Source: Balanoglossus misakiensis
Taxonomy: Eukaryota > Animalia > Hemichordata
Length of the DNA: 64,000 nt
Assembly (NCBI GenBank): GCA_040954595.2
Contig: CM082586.2
Span: 6,124,509 to 6,188,508 of the forward strand
Direction of reading: 5' to 3'
The notes beneath the pieces are model-generated. The model was not told the DNA's origin and ran no database searches. It saw nothing but the letters and a program-made list of their open reading frames with translations. Numbering within the stretch: position 1 is the stretch's first letter; the number at the start of each line of letters is the position of its first letter. Both the position numbers and the translations under genes were made by a program. Positions 11,435-25,039 of this stretch are shown one piece after another.

Positions 11435-14400
11435 TTCATCCACCCTCTCTAAGATGTGTGTTGAAACCGTCGATAATTTTATTCTGTTCAGAAACCACAA
11501 ACTCACTATCGATCATGGCGACCAGTATGCCCCGTATTCAAGATGTAGGCTACACTGACTAAGCGACCTATACGATTTTACCGGAAGGCACAGCGAAAAG
11601 AGAAAATTGACTGCCAATCTGTAAAAGTGATTAGCGTATTCCAGACACACTCCAGAACTCAGAAGGTTAATTTATAAAACCGATTTTCGATGTTGAGAAG
11701 AAGGGGCATTGCGCATGATTTTAATTTATACCTTAGTTACCAATTGTGGCGACTAACAACGAGCGCAAAGCGCGCAGCCGCTACCTAGCAACGGGGGTAT
11801 ATTTTTCATTTTATGCACATTCGACAAATATTACACATCTCTGTGGTTGATCGGAGCCTGCTGTGTTCCATCGTGTCTTAAATTCTGTCGAATTGGACAT
11901 TGTCGGGGGTAAATCAGTACGCCGTGTACGTTGACTGTGATTAACCCAGAACATTTACAGCCTTGCAACCCAATAAACCCTGATTTTCAGATCTACCTAT
12001 CTCCATTTTTATCTTCACAATATTTGTTTTGGTCATCGTACACTGACATGGTAGACAGGAGAATTCCGAGTAAAAGATATGGGTATTATTTAAGAAATTT
12101 CAGTGAATATTTGTAAAAGACAAGATTGCTCGGAATGAAACATTACTGGTAACTTAAAGGTTTTGTTTTTAAAATTTGACCAGAATACTTCAGGGGAATC
12201 ATCACTACTATGGAATTTACAACCAGCACTTGTGACTTGGTGACACGATATTATTTCCTGGCTCAAAAGATGATTTTAATTCATATCGCAAGGGGTGGAA
12301 ACCATAAAGTTCCAAATTAGTGCAGATTTACTACAGACGGATGGCTCGCCTCTGTATGCACTGGAGTTATTACATTTTTGTATCATCACCCAAATGAACA
12401 TAACTATGATGCTAGAAGCTGTCATAAATAATTACGGAATGTCCATTAAGTTGAACAGGGATAGATGACTCAATATGCGAGAATAGATACAATTCAGGAC
12501 CCCGAAGCAGCGTTGATGCGAGATGATGAAATGCCTGCTATTAATCTGTTGACAACAGGTGTACTGTCCTATTTTTTTGGTCAAGTTCCTTTTTTCCTTT
12601 TCACGCAAGTGCAGCCAACACTGCAACTTAGATTTACAGTTATGCGCACTGTTTCGCCTAAAGAGCGTCGAAACGTTCAATGTGTGATGTTTGCTTAGTA
12701 TTTCAATAATTTTTCAAACAGTCACCTCTAACTTACTGACGGCTGTATAAGACTAAAGTGGGTTCAGTTGATCATGTGGTGGTGAATTGTTTTCCCGTGG
12801 CCACTCAATTGAAAATCTCATTGGACAAATCTTACAATATTCATGGTAATTGTAGCTATATTTGCATGTGTGACCATGCATATGACTTTTAAAACACGAG
12901 GGGGCGTGTTCGCAGTGACACATTCTCGTAGACAATTTTTGTGTCCATAGCAACATTTAGAGCAACGCACAAAGTCCAAACTTGGTAAATTCAATATCGA
13001 ACGGCCAAAAGCACTGTGCGTGATGGCGTGACATATTTCCTCGTGATCACGTAGGAATATTACAGATTGTGGAGTGGCTATTGATACAATTGAAGGCTTA
13101 GAAACACTCAAACCTAATCTGCTTAAGTTTACCACTTGACACGGGATTAGTTTGCTTGTGGAGTCGATAGTAAAAACATATCGCGTTTTGAAATGTATCG
13201 TCTGCTGGGCAGATATTTGGGTTGCCCTCGTAACCATGACACCTTAATTAATTCATATAACACTCTGTAATAATTTACCATTTGTCTGGGATTAATTTCA
13301 CGAGCAAACTTTGAGCAGATGTTGACCCGTCTCGGCGGCAGGTTACCATGGAACACGCGAAGTTCAATAAAGTCTGAAGGAATATTGTCCCTGGGACAAT
13401 GTTTGCTTGTACTTTATCTGAATGTCACACACGTGTTGATGGCACGGTTTCCATAGGCGAGTGATGCATTGGTAACCATCTAGACGGCTGACAGACTGGC
13501 AAATTTACAGTGATTTGGTTGCAACGATAGGAGCCAATCCAATCAATCATTGTTCGCTCGATAAACCTTCTGACACTGGGAGGGTGCTGAGATGTAGCTG
13601 GGGCAGACGGGTGACCTAACGTGTGCCACCAGAGTAGTTCTGGCGCAAAACAGATCTCGTTCGGTTGAAAATATAACAATATTGACAAAATCAGACATGG
13701 ATGACATGCCACCCAGTCTTTTAGACCACATAGTGTTTTCCGAATGAGTGCGTGTACTGGTTACACGAAAACAGCTTTCAGTGCTTTGGGAATATTACCA
13801 TATTCATGACTGTAGGTGACAAAATGTTTCAAGATTGGTATTCATTACGACTGTCATCGTTGCCGACAGGTGCAAACAATAGACCAGGTGCAACACAACA
13901 TGTCCACAACAAAAACAAATTATCACCAAAATTATCGAAATCAACACTGCAGAGAAGGCAAGACGTAGCGGGATCTGGTCTTTTTGTCAGACGACAGCGA
14001 GTTTGCAGTTGGCCAACCGAACACTTGTGTGGAGGTCATATCTAATCAAGGGGTGGACTTTTCTGTAGGTGCTTGACTGAGCTTTGATTGTCGTTCACCA
14101 CAGTTAAGTTCAGTAACGACAAGCTCACTCAGCTGGTTGCCCGGTATCGCATCTCTTGGTTCAGTGTTTAGCACCCTTTAGCTTGTAACAGCGACGAACT
14201 TGGACGAGGTCCGATCATAGGACGGTCACTGATATGGTCGGCCACGTTACAAGTCGATCATATTCGTCGACTTTTTGGCGAGGGAGTTTGGATAGAGCCC
14301 TGGGGTATACCGTATGATGCAACAGAACTTCCCGGCTCTTTTATTGTTGTTCATTTGAAGGCCACTCATGTCTGCGGATAAATATAAACGTGTGGTGTTT

Positions 14401-17204
14401 TGATCACTTCGGGTCTAGGCGCAGTCAGTATTTAGCGTCAGAGCCTCGGGGTTGGACGACATAGACATCCGTTCACTGTCAGCTCTTAGCATCAACAGAC
14501 GTAATACCTGCGTGCTGCAACCAACGCAGGCACATGAAACACACTCTGAGCTGAGCTCCACCAGCAAGAAAATCAGAAACGGCAAAATGCACAGTGGGTT
14601 TCTCGAATGAGAGAATTAACACTTTATACATGGCGTAAAAGCTTCCGGCGGTATGAACACAAAGTAAAACACGCCTTTCATAAATGTCTTGACCTCGCGT
14701 GGTGCAGACACGTTAAGCAATAATTCTTTTTTATTTTGTGCGTTGTTCATTGCAGAAAAAAGTCATTGCTGAAAACAGCTTACTGCAGGGGGTAGTTTCT
14801 TCAAACAAAAATGCTACTACGAGTCGAGTAAATGAAGGCCGTCTTATGATGACATTGGAAATCCACAGTCTTCATTATTCTTACTCTCAAATCTATTATC
14901 CATTTCTGAATTGCCTCCGAAAATAGCGGGCGCAATAGCAAGTTTCTAATCTTGCCATAAATGAAAAAAATACAAAACATTGTCTGCAGAGAAAGCCACG
15001 TGTGACAACAGTTTTTAAAGACAGATACATCAGTGCACGACTCTACTATCTAATCAAATAAACAGACATCGTTTCTTTTGTGAGATGAAGGTATTGAGCC
15101 ATCAATCTCCCTCGGACCTGTTGTCTGAAAGCTATCCAATCACACAAATATCGATTATGTCTTGAAAGTAAGGCAGCGGCAAATATAATTAGCAATGTAT
15201 TAGTTGCTGTTATCTGCCCTCTCTGTTTATTTCGCTCCGTTTGTCAGAAATGTCTTCATTTTGTCATTGATCCCAGTGCTCCGTCCGGAATCCAAGCGAG
15301 GTCCCAACATAGTCCTACCGGGGTCTTCGACCCCATCCCCGCGTATGTACCATGTTCCTTGTCGTCGTAATAATGCGGGTTACGCTTATTTAGGTAGCCT
15401 CTTTTATTATAGAGGTGACCCCCTTTCATCTGACACAAACAATAGAATGCATTGTGTCGCCTTCAATAGCTTTTGCTTTATTTCCTTTTGTCTGCGTCAC
15501 CGTTCGAATCTCGTCAACACCACGGGTTCACGTTAGCGCTGACATTGTGCAAATAAAGACCGAAATCCCGTTACATTAAATTGTACTAAAGAGCACAATG
15601 CAAACGAAAGGCTCTCGTCACGCTATCTACAAAAGTCGTGATATCAACTTACTCTGAGAAGCACACAAAGATAGGTGACCACACAAAACACCGAGTCAGA
15701 ATAACACCTGACAGACCATAGACAGTACAGTCTATGGACAGACTGACCAGCTGGGTATAAAACCTGACGAAGGGCTGAACTCGAAACTTACGATGTTACC
15801 ATGGTGATAATAGCACTAAGTCGTTAAGGTCAACTTCGGGTCACGGTGCAGTGTATTTTGATACCTGGAATAATCCTCAATTTAATTTGAAAACAGAAAA
15901 TGGGAGTCGACACAAATAGCAGAAATAATCACACGGGTTGGACGCATGCATTTTGTATTCGGAAATCACGGCTATACCCCTGCGCCATTCCCTGGCCAGC
16001 AACTTTGCAAACGGATGGTGGCGTCGTTCGGAGACACCGGGAAACAGAAACAATGTTGTTTACATGGAAAGGTTTACACATTACTCAGTGCTAAAAGGGC
16101 GACGGGGGTGACAGAAATGCATATTTTACTAAGTAATCGCACGATATTTTCGCAGAAAGCATCGATTTATCCCGTCAATCACGTTTACCCGCCAAAGGAA
16201 ACTTTTTTTATTTGGGGCGCTCATTTGTCGGTTGTCAAATAAAGTGTAATACGAACAAGTACGCAGTAATTGACATTCACTGTGGGTATTATCGTTGACA
16301 TGACATCATGGTCCCTTAATATTTATAGTCCGTATTCGCCTTTAAGCTGACAGAGCCACCACACATAATGTGCTACGTACATAAATAAAAAAAATATCAG
16401 TAATTTACCATCTTCTCGAAATTTTGACTTATAAAACTAGTGAAAATTACAGTGACATTGAACGAAACAAATACCCCTGTTTGCTGGATGCAATGAAATG
16501 AATGATCGATATTGTGCCGATCGATCGATCTTTCAGACAGTCGGGTCAACGTAAATCATCGGACAAGGTTGTAGCCAGCCGCCGGTTAGGTCATAAAAGT
16601 TGACGGGCAATCTACCAGTCACTGTGAAATAAAATTTGGCACCAATCTGAACTAGCCGTAGGAGCCGCTGTCAGCCGGCCCAGTTGTTCTCTACAATTAC
16701 TACTGTTCTCGTCGGTCTATCTCAAACAAAAAATGCACGATATTCACATATTGATACAGAAGACGCGGCAAGTTCAAATTATCATCATATATATTATCGC
16801 AGGTATAAAACAATTATCAGTGATGATGATGAGAACCAATTGCGCTTAATAGCCTTTGTGACGTTGCCACGAACAACCAGTATGAGGAGTGACCATAACA
16901 ACGTCTAAGAAAATAGTTGATGAGTGGGTTATGTTTATGTTTTGTATCAAAGTTTTCCTCCGAATATGAGCTGCGACAATCAGAAAAAAATGAAACAAAG
17001 CAAAATACCTTTAGTTGACATGCCAAGACTAAGTAGGAAGAAGGAAGAAACTGGAGGACATTTAAAGAGCAAAGATACCCTATCTCTGCTGTACTAAAAA
17101 TCTCAGTAAAGCTAGTTAGTCCGATTGCATTATTTACCTTCAATTTACCTGCATACCTAAGGAGTCGGGTAGACCTCAGATCAGAAGGAGGTTGTTATTT
17201 TTGT

Positions 17205-17357
17205 CCCGCTATGCGCAGTTTCCATCTTCGGAACGCGGCCGCACGCACGCACATAGCTATAGCAACAGGTGGTGTTAAGGTTGAAAATGGCGCCCGAATG
17301 GGAGAATGACGAGAGAAAACGCTGGAAACCTTCTGAGGGTGTGTACTAGCGATTCTG
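17205..17357 (+). promoter_or_regulatory. Candidate promoter and first exon, probably of the 20738-22048 gene
   Basis: Local CpG-rich patch; X-box-like ATAGCTATAGCAAC at 17253-17266; YY1-like AAAATGGCG at 17284-17292; donor CTG|GTATGT at 17358. Linkage to the acceptor at 20596-20597 is inferred. Confidence 0.45.
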
Positions 17358-20300
17358 GTATGTACGTTTTCAGTAATGATCTTGAACGTATCAGTACAGC
17401 GATCTTGTCGATTGTCTAATCACCTTTTGTGTGAATTGGACTTAAGTTTGCTTTACGTCCAATAACATGTGTACGTACACAGACACGGGTCTCGGCAGAG
17501 AAAGACTAATATTATTTCTATTACAAAGTAAAGCCCACCCGTAGCATAATGCTTAGCCCTGTACGCGTCCAGCAATAGCCACTGTATTCGCTTGGTCTTG
17601 GTTTGACAAGGGAAACAGGGCACGGAGGAAGATTCAAATAATAATCAGAAGTACTTCTCGTCTCCTCTGGCGATTTGATGCCACTGAAAGTTACGTTAGT
17701 ATACGCGGACATAGCACAATGCGTCAAGTGCAGCCTTGTTTCGTTGCATGCCGTCTGGCTGTGTGGCACGTCGTGGTTCGGCTGTAGTCTAGTGTATTTT
17801 GAAGTGTTGTGACAAAATGTACCATGGTTTAAATTGAGAGCGGTACACTGTTCAAGTTGTTTAGATAAGTCGGTTATACAAAATACTTGTGACACAGAGA
17901 ACGGTGTTGCGTTAGGTGCGTTAGACACGTCCGTTTGGGTTTTAGGACTAACGGGAAGGCGAGTTGCTGACTGTCATAAGCAAAGGGGCCGTGGATAATC
18001 AAAACAGTCTCATGGTAATTACGATGCACAGATTCTCAATATAAAGTTCCAGACTGAAACATTTTTACGAGTTCCAAGCCATAATATGCATAGTGTAGAT
18101 ACTAGTAAGAGCCACCAATTCTTTCATTCCAGTTATGGTAAGTAATTATTAAAACTGTACGTGTAAATGGACTCACAATTTCAGCGTGATAGGGGCACGT
18201 TTGTGGTCATTGACTGTTGGGGATATGGCAGGGTGTTAGATCTAGGGTCATGATGGAACTTCCAGACCACTATTCGTAACGTCTGCTCTACAGGGGGAAC
18301 CGCGAATAGATATTTTACTCTTCAAGCTGACTTAAACCCTGAGATTGTGATTTATATAATATACATTTAGTTGATATTCTTAGTTGAATGAATGCCAAGG
18401 GGCCGGGGAGACGGAGCAGACAAGTGGACGCATGCATTGTTGCGCTCCGTTATTAAAGCATTCGCGTTTGTCGGTTGAATTTGACATCGAATACGTGTCG
18501 AGTGTACCAGGGACGCAATATCACATCAACGTCAACTTCCATTACCCCTCCACGGTTACCCTGACAACTGAGCGCCGGGATAGCGCCCCTTTGTACTATT
18601 TCTGATCACGGGCCACCGGTGTCTAGTGGCAACCGAACGACGATGATTGCCTTCTGAGTTCATATTTTTCCAATAAGGCGGAAGTTAAACAAATCGCTCG
18701 CACGACCGTAATTAAACCAGACCGGACGATTTCAACGTCGACCAGTCAAGGGACTGGTTCAACAAAACAACGTAAATATGTGGCAAGGTACTGACAAGCG
18801 TAGGATAGAATCGTACGGTGTTTTACAAACACGGGCAAACCTGAACTTTAATTGCTAGCACTCGTATACGCTCGTAAATTACCCGACTGTGAATAATATA
18901 ACAATTAATTAAGATATTTACGTATGTTTTCACTATTCATACCACATTTTACTTTCATGACGACTACTGCACTCGGTAATTCACGCAAAACTGTATATTT
19001 TTCGAAAGATAATTTCCGTCTGCTTTATCTAGTCTTCCGTTACGTATACAACATAACTGTAGGTTATGTACACAGAGTTTGAGAATTACATTACTACTAA
19101 TAATGGTCAAAGGTCACCCTAGAATATCTACAGGCCGACCATATCGATGAGCTGTAAAGTGACGATAGTTTCATACCACTTGCGAATTACTACATTCATA
19201 TTTACATTCTTGTTTATGTGTTTTCTTCCCAACGAATACAAACCGCGCTGCGTCTTTAATTATACATACAGGGTTGGAGACGGATACGCACGTTATCTGT
19301 GGTCCGAGTTCATAGAACTTTGATCCAATTACAAAGATTGTTCATATTGACAAATTTAATCTTTCGATTGAGTCAACATAGATGTGTTTGATTTACGCAA
19401 GACCACCGCTTCCTCGAGCGGTCGCAGATCATTTATTTCCCCCCACCCCTCCCCGAACCCGGTGCGGACATCGAGTTCTAATTTGCATTCATGGTGCCGC
19501 GTTTAAATTGGTCCAGTTTTGTTGTGTTTGCGGAGCAGTAATCCATCGACGCTGAGAACCACTTGTTGGATTAACGGCGTGCACTGCAAACATAAGCGAT
19601 CCGTTCACAAAACCTCGGCAAACATCCTAACAGTGCTCCGTTCATGTATCCTAAGACTTCCTCCGTGGGATCTCTTTAAAGGGTCTATGACGTCCCCATA
19701 CCCACAACACACAGCCACTTAAAAGTTCGCTTTACTTTGTCAGATGTCTTTATGAGTGTCTACCGCTGTAATGTAGCTTGGTGATCGCTTTTCCTGATTC
19801 GGTTATTGTCATTGTCAGACGAAATTCTTTTCGCCACAGCGACATCATCGGATCTACTCAACTCAGACAATTGTGATATGCGTTAGCTACAGAACAAATA
19901 TCACATCGAGTATCTTGCCAGCTTGGAACTGTTCGCGGTTATAATGTCACTGGATAGTCATGGAAACCACGGATGTATATAGCTTCGTTACGAACACAGG
20001 GTTTTCAGCCCCGTTTAATCATTATTTGTAGTGATAAATGAGTATTTTGAGAGAGAAAAAATATAATTAGTTGATAGCTATGACATTTTAATCAACTGAG
20101 ATCGTCGCAATCGCGATGGTGTGTCGCTATGTTGTCTCAGCACTGGCGTCAGACACTGGCAAATGTTTACATTTGTGTGTTTATTATTTTTTCACCTTTG
20201 TCACTACACGTTCATTGTGGCTTAAGTTCTCCGCCCTCTGCACTAATTGGTCTTCGGGTGAAAAAAAAACAAGACGATGACCTTTTCGATGTAAAAATAC

Positions 20301-20737
20301 ACGAGTATAAAAAAGCAACGGTGAACGTGTGCGCAATATGAAAACCCTATACGTTGTGTTCGCAATCACTGCGTCCTTCGGTTGAGATTTGGCCGAGAAC
20401 TGACGTTTGCTTCCATCATATAATAGGATTAACCGTACACTGAAAACTGGGGCAGAGGTTGTTATTACAAGGAATATGAGATAAGGGACTTGTTCTAGGA
20501 AGCGTTAAACTTATAGTTTTTTGTGTTGATAGCATTTCTAATCTGCGATGACGAATGCCTTGTAAATTAAGGGGATTTTTCTGTTTTTACCTTGTAGGAC
20601 AACCCTCTACCCACTAAACGGATTGGGAATATTTGCCATTACGGAGGAATAAGGTCTGCTGTGTGTTCCACTATCTACTGCTGTCCAGTAGTTTTGTTGA
20701 TTGGTTTACGTATACTTGGTGACATGAGTTATCACAC

Positions 20738-22048
20738 ATGGCGATAACATCGGGAGATGCAACGAACTCTGACCCCCAAAACACGGCCTGGACGACGTCT
20801 TGGGCCAAAGCCCACGCCCAGGTTCGAAAGATGAAGTCCCAGGCGGACTTCCTCGGCGACCTGCAGGAGCGCCTCTACCTGCCGCAGATCCAGCAGTCGC
20901 CCAACGTGCAGCTGTACAGCAAGGCGTACCGTCTGGCCGCCGCCCGCCGCCACCCGAAGAGGAAGCGGCTGCAGAGGAACGCCACCAAGGGCAGCCCGCT
21001 GCAGCTGCCGGAGATCCGACAGACGTGGTCCCTCTTCGAAGGCACCAACTCCCCGGAGAAGGAGGACGACGACGAGGCGTCGAGGCCGCGCAGAAACAGC
21101 GACCCGCACGTGCACTTGCCAGCCATCGAGAAACAAGACGGGAAAACGAAAAGAAGCGAGCGCCCGGGCGACAAGCTCGCGGTCTCACTGGCGGTCGACT
21201 ACACAAACAAAAAAGCTCTTGTACAAAACGTAGTACAGAGCAAGAAAGCATTTTACGACAGCCCAGCGTATCCCACGAGGAAAAACTGGAAGAAACAGAC
21301 CAAGTATCGACGACACGGGGCGCTGGAACCCTTGGAGAAAGCAGGCAAAAATGGCAAGGGCCAAACGGATGACCACTGTGACGCCGACAGCTACCAAGAC
21401 GACGATACCGGTAAACGTTCGCCGCTGCATTTACAAAACAATAGAACTATAGCAGACGAGTTCAGAGAGGAAGAGAGGATGAAGTACAGACTGCAACATT
21501 CCACTCAGAATATTGACGAATATCGAAAGGAACACGACAGGAAAATAGCCGCTGGTCGGCGGATTAAAGCGCCCCCAAACAGCGCCAAATCAACGCGCGA
21601 GCGCCGCCGAAGCAGACAGTTCAGTGACAAGCAACGCAAGAAATCAAAGCAGGACAAGTCAGCGAACGGGAAAGGGAACGACGATTCGGGATTCTCGAGC
21701 AAAACGACAACGGATCCGAAAAGGAAGAATTCCCGACAAGAGGAGGAGAACAAAAACGACGACGAACAAGCGGATCATCCCGAAGAAGCCCGGCAAGAGC
21801 CGAACGCCGCCGACGATGTACTCGCGCCGATGTCGGAGGCCAAGCGCGAATGGATCCAACTATGGCTGGACGACTGTGAACAGTATCGGTGCCAGTGGCA
21901 CGCGGCCCCTGACGAACTGGAGCTGGGCTTGCAGTTTCAGGAGACCACTCCCGCAACCGTGGACGGTGACGTCATCCAGGAGGTGAAAATGCCCTTTGGG
22001 GATTCGCCGGAAAACCAAAAGAATCGAAACACGACCCAGAAGTACTAA
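20738..22048 (+). CDS. Uncharacterised 436-aa hydrophilic, largely disordered protein; single coding exon
   Basis: 1311-nt ORF with strong GC3 bias against AT-rich flanks; cacATGG start; acceptor tttttaccttgtAG at 20596-20597 upstream; K/R/E/D/S-rich composition; no domain recognised. Confidence 0.88.
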   Translation: MAITSGDATNSDPQNTAWTTSWAKAHAQVRKMKSQADFLGDLQERLYLPQIQQSPNVQLYSKAYRLAAARRHPKRKRLQRNATKGSPLQLPEIRQTWSLFEGTNSPEKEDDDEASRPRRNSDPHVHLPAIEKQDGKTKRSERPGDKLAVSLAVDYTNKKALVQNVVQSKKAFYDSPAYPTRKNWKKQTKYRRHGALEPLEKAGKNGKGQTDDHCDADSYQDDDTGKRSPLHLQNNRTIADEFREEERMKYRLQHSTQNIDEYRKEHDRKIAAGRRIKAPPNSAKSTRERRRSRQFSDKQRKKSKQDKSANGKGNDDSGFSSKTTTDPKRKNSRQEEENKNDDEQADHPEEARQEPNAADDVLAPMSEAKREWIQLWLDDCEQYRCQWHAAPDELELGLQFQETTPATVDGDVIQEVKMPFGDSPENQKNRNTTQKY

Positions 22049-24883
22049 AGACAAAAATGCACAATTCAGTCATCAAAGACGTTCAAATAGTGTTTTACAT
22101 TTTGAGACCAGGTCTTCTTAAGCTTTGACTATTAGACTATTTTCCAAACACTGGTATAATCTGGACTTGTACCATCGTGCCTGAAATCCCATCCATTGAC
22201 GTGTGAGCGCATGAGAGTACGTTTTACTCGTGCAAATGTGTGACAGAGGTCTTCTTAATACATAGAAATTAGCGAAAGATATCTCCTATCACGCCAGATA
22301 ATTGAAATGTTAATAACATAATATTATTGTATATTTTGCGAAAGTTTATAAACTATTGATATTATTATTATTTTTAAGTGTACATTATAGTTGTAAATGA
22401 GAAAAAGATATTATGTTCGTATATACACTGTATATATCTTTCAGAACATAATTCATCCCATAACTGCCTGGAATTACTGCTCCACTAAACAAAACAGTGT
22501 AGCATTGTGAACGGCAACTTACATCAATTTTATCATTTGGAATGATTGCTACGTGCTTCTTTGTTAAGGTACTTGGTTCCATGTTCCAGCTAAGTCAACT
22601 GGCGGGCACGATTCACGACTTGGTCACTGTGTGATATTTTCGTCTTAATTTGCGCTAGTCTACGAGTCATAGATATATTTAATCTTGAGTTTAATTCCAC
22701 TCCATGCATTAACTCATTAACATGGTGTCACGTCCCATATTTGTCATCGTGGACAATGTCAATATTGTTTTTCCTGCCATTTATGTTACCATGGTTACTT
22801 TGCCGTCACCTGACAGTAAATGTAGCTTCTATACTTTCCACAAGCATACTCCAGCTGTGCCTAAGAGAATATCTTTGTTACTCTAGTTTAACACGAGAAG
22901 TTAATTCTCTCAATAAGACATATTAAACTATCATTGTTAACAAACCAATCAGTAACCTATTATTGACATTTACACTGTGCCTCCCGCATACATGTGTCAG
23001 TAACCAGCATAGGCTGGGCCAAACCCGTTTTCACATTCCATTAAAAGTGAAAAACATAAATACCTTTTTAATATAAAACGTAACCGGAATTTAGCATTGG
23101 TTTAATATTTAACCAGTCTGCGATTGGTTTTCCTAATCTTGGTAAATACATGTAACTTCAAAGTTCGCTTCTCTGGCAGATATGGTATTTCCTTTGAAAC
23201 TGGTAAGATTGGAACTATACTGGGATAATTGTATTTACAAAGTGAGTGTGTAAAAAGAGAATACTGTTTGTTGTATTCGAGAAGAAAGTCACAGCAAAAC
23301 AAACTGATGCGTAGCACATGTACTTGGCTTAGATTTTAGAACATTCTGTCGATTAGCGATTGTCCTACAATAGTTTAAATCGCGTTTTGACTATTGGAAG
23401 GATGAGATCTGATTCTTCATGAGCCGGCCTCACATGAGGGCTGGAAAACATTTTGAGTCTTTAACCGAGTGACAGCGTTCCAAAATATATTTCCATAATT
23501 GCCTTACAGTAAGTTCTTAGGGTGACGTTTTTACCCACTGTGTGGGCAGGTTTGGTAGTACTTAGTCTTCTACTGATAGAACTCAGGTCTGCAGTAATAA
23601 TAGCGCACATTTAAAGACATGCCGACTGTCAAAATTTGACGATGAGGTCTATTGGACCAGGTACAGTACATGCAATGGCAAATGTTAGGTCGGAATTTAA
23701 TACAATTGTTTTATCTCTACATGTAATTTGTAAAATCGGTCTATTGTGATAGGGCAATGCAAATAATGAAGCAATACAAAATTCGTTTTGTATATCAGTG
23801 TACATGTTTTCGACAAAGTAATGGAGAGTCACACTATTTTCACTGCTTAAATGTAAATAAAGTTGCTTGGAATGCATATCACGTGACTGATTTGTCTGTC
23901 TTATCTTGGTCTGCTTGTTTCCGATTTTGTGTCGAGGACTATCGAGTGGTGGCGCTGTAGTCAAGTTCTGAAAGAAGACGCAAGTGCTCAGTATATGTTG
24001 ATGGCGCTGTTGTATGGTCAATATCATGCGGTTCCACTAATGGTTCGCGTCCGTGTGTCGAGCACATGTTTTCTGTCTTTGTGTGTTGAGGGCGGAATGT
24101 GATCCCTTGACCTGAAGTCGTAAAGGGACACGGCGTTCTCATCAGGTAGTGTTTGAATCGTGTGGATTTTATGAACAATGTAGCTTGTAGGCATTTTAAC
24201 CTTTATGGTAAATCTCATGCAGTTATCTTCTAAACGTTGAATCCAGTCTATTGTTACTTGCAGTGAAAGAAGAGGAAGTCTTATCACAATAAATCACCAT
24301 CAACATAAAATGCGTTACGTTATTGGCTATAACTCATTAGTCGACAATAGTACACGGTATTAAAATACACATTTATATACATATGATATAGTGCTGTATT
24401 ATTCATTGCAAAAAGTGATTTACTAGAATTTGTTCAGACTTGATCAGCGGAAAGGTGATTTTGATTAATATCTATAGGCCATAATATGCACTGATGGCCT
24501 GTTTCTGACTGAAATAACGTTGCGCACACATGCAGTCCCTTCGGCGCCAGTGCCAGTTCTCATATGAATACGTTACTCAACGTTAAAATAAACCGAGATT
24601 GTGGTAAAAGTTTCGAGTCAGCTTCAATTTGGCCCCATCACGAAAATCAAATTGCAGAAGGCAGATATAGAAGTAACATTATTCGTCAGAAACAAGGCAA
24701 AACCTGTGAGATTTTAATGTCCTGACCTCAGTGTCACCTTTGCTGATAATCACCTTTTAACCATATGGTCGTGTATCTCCCCGTTGCATTAGCATGTAAA
24801 TTGGCAACTGTAATTTATCTTCCGTAAAGAAAATCGAGTTGTTTCCCCCAAGAAGAAATGAACCCAATAACACTTATGGCTCT

Positions 24884-25039
24884 AACAACACAAGACAACA
24901 CAAGACAACACAACACAAGACAACACAACACAACACAACACAACACAACACAACACAACACAACACAACACAACACAACACAACACAACACAACACAACA
25001 CAACACAACACAACACAACACAACACAACACAACACAAC
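24884..25039. repeat. (CAACA)n pentanucleotide microsatellite
   Basis: About 30 units, with a few CAAGA variants at the 5' end. It produces the spurious TTQHN and VLCCV ORFs. Confidence 0.97.

Noticed and set aside
14291-14311. GIPQGSI as evidence of telomerase or an intact reverse transcriptase
   Set aside because: Bounded by nearby stops, with no downstream (Y/F)xDD motif visible; retained only within a low-confidence decayed-CDS finding.
20706-22054. Multiple overlapping ORFs on both strands (181, 134, 190, 111, 120 aa and others)
   Set aside because: Shadow frames of the GC-rich 436-aa CDS; low stop density is expected there and the translations look like non-coding frames.
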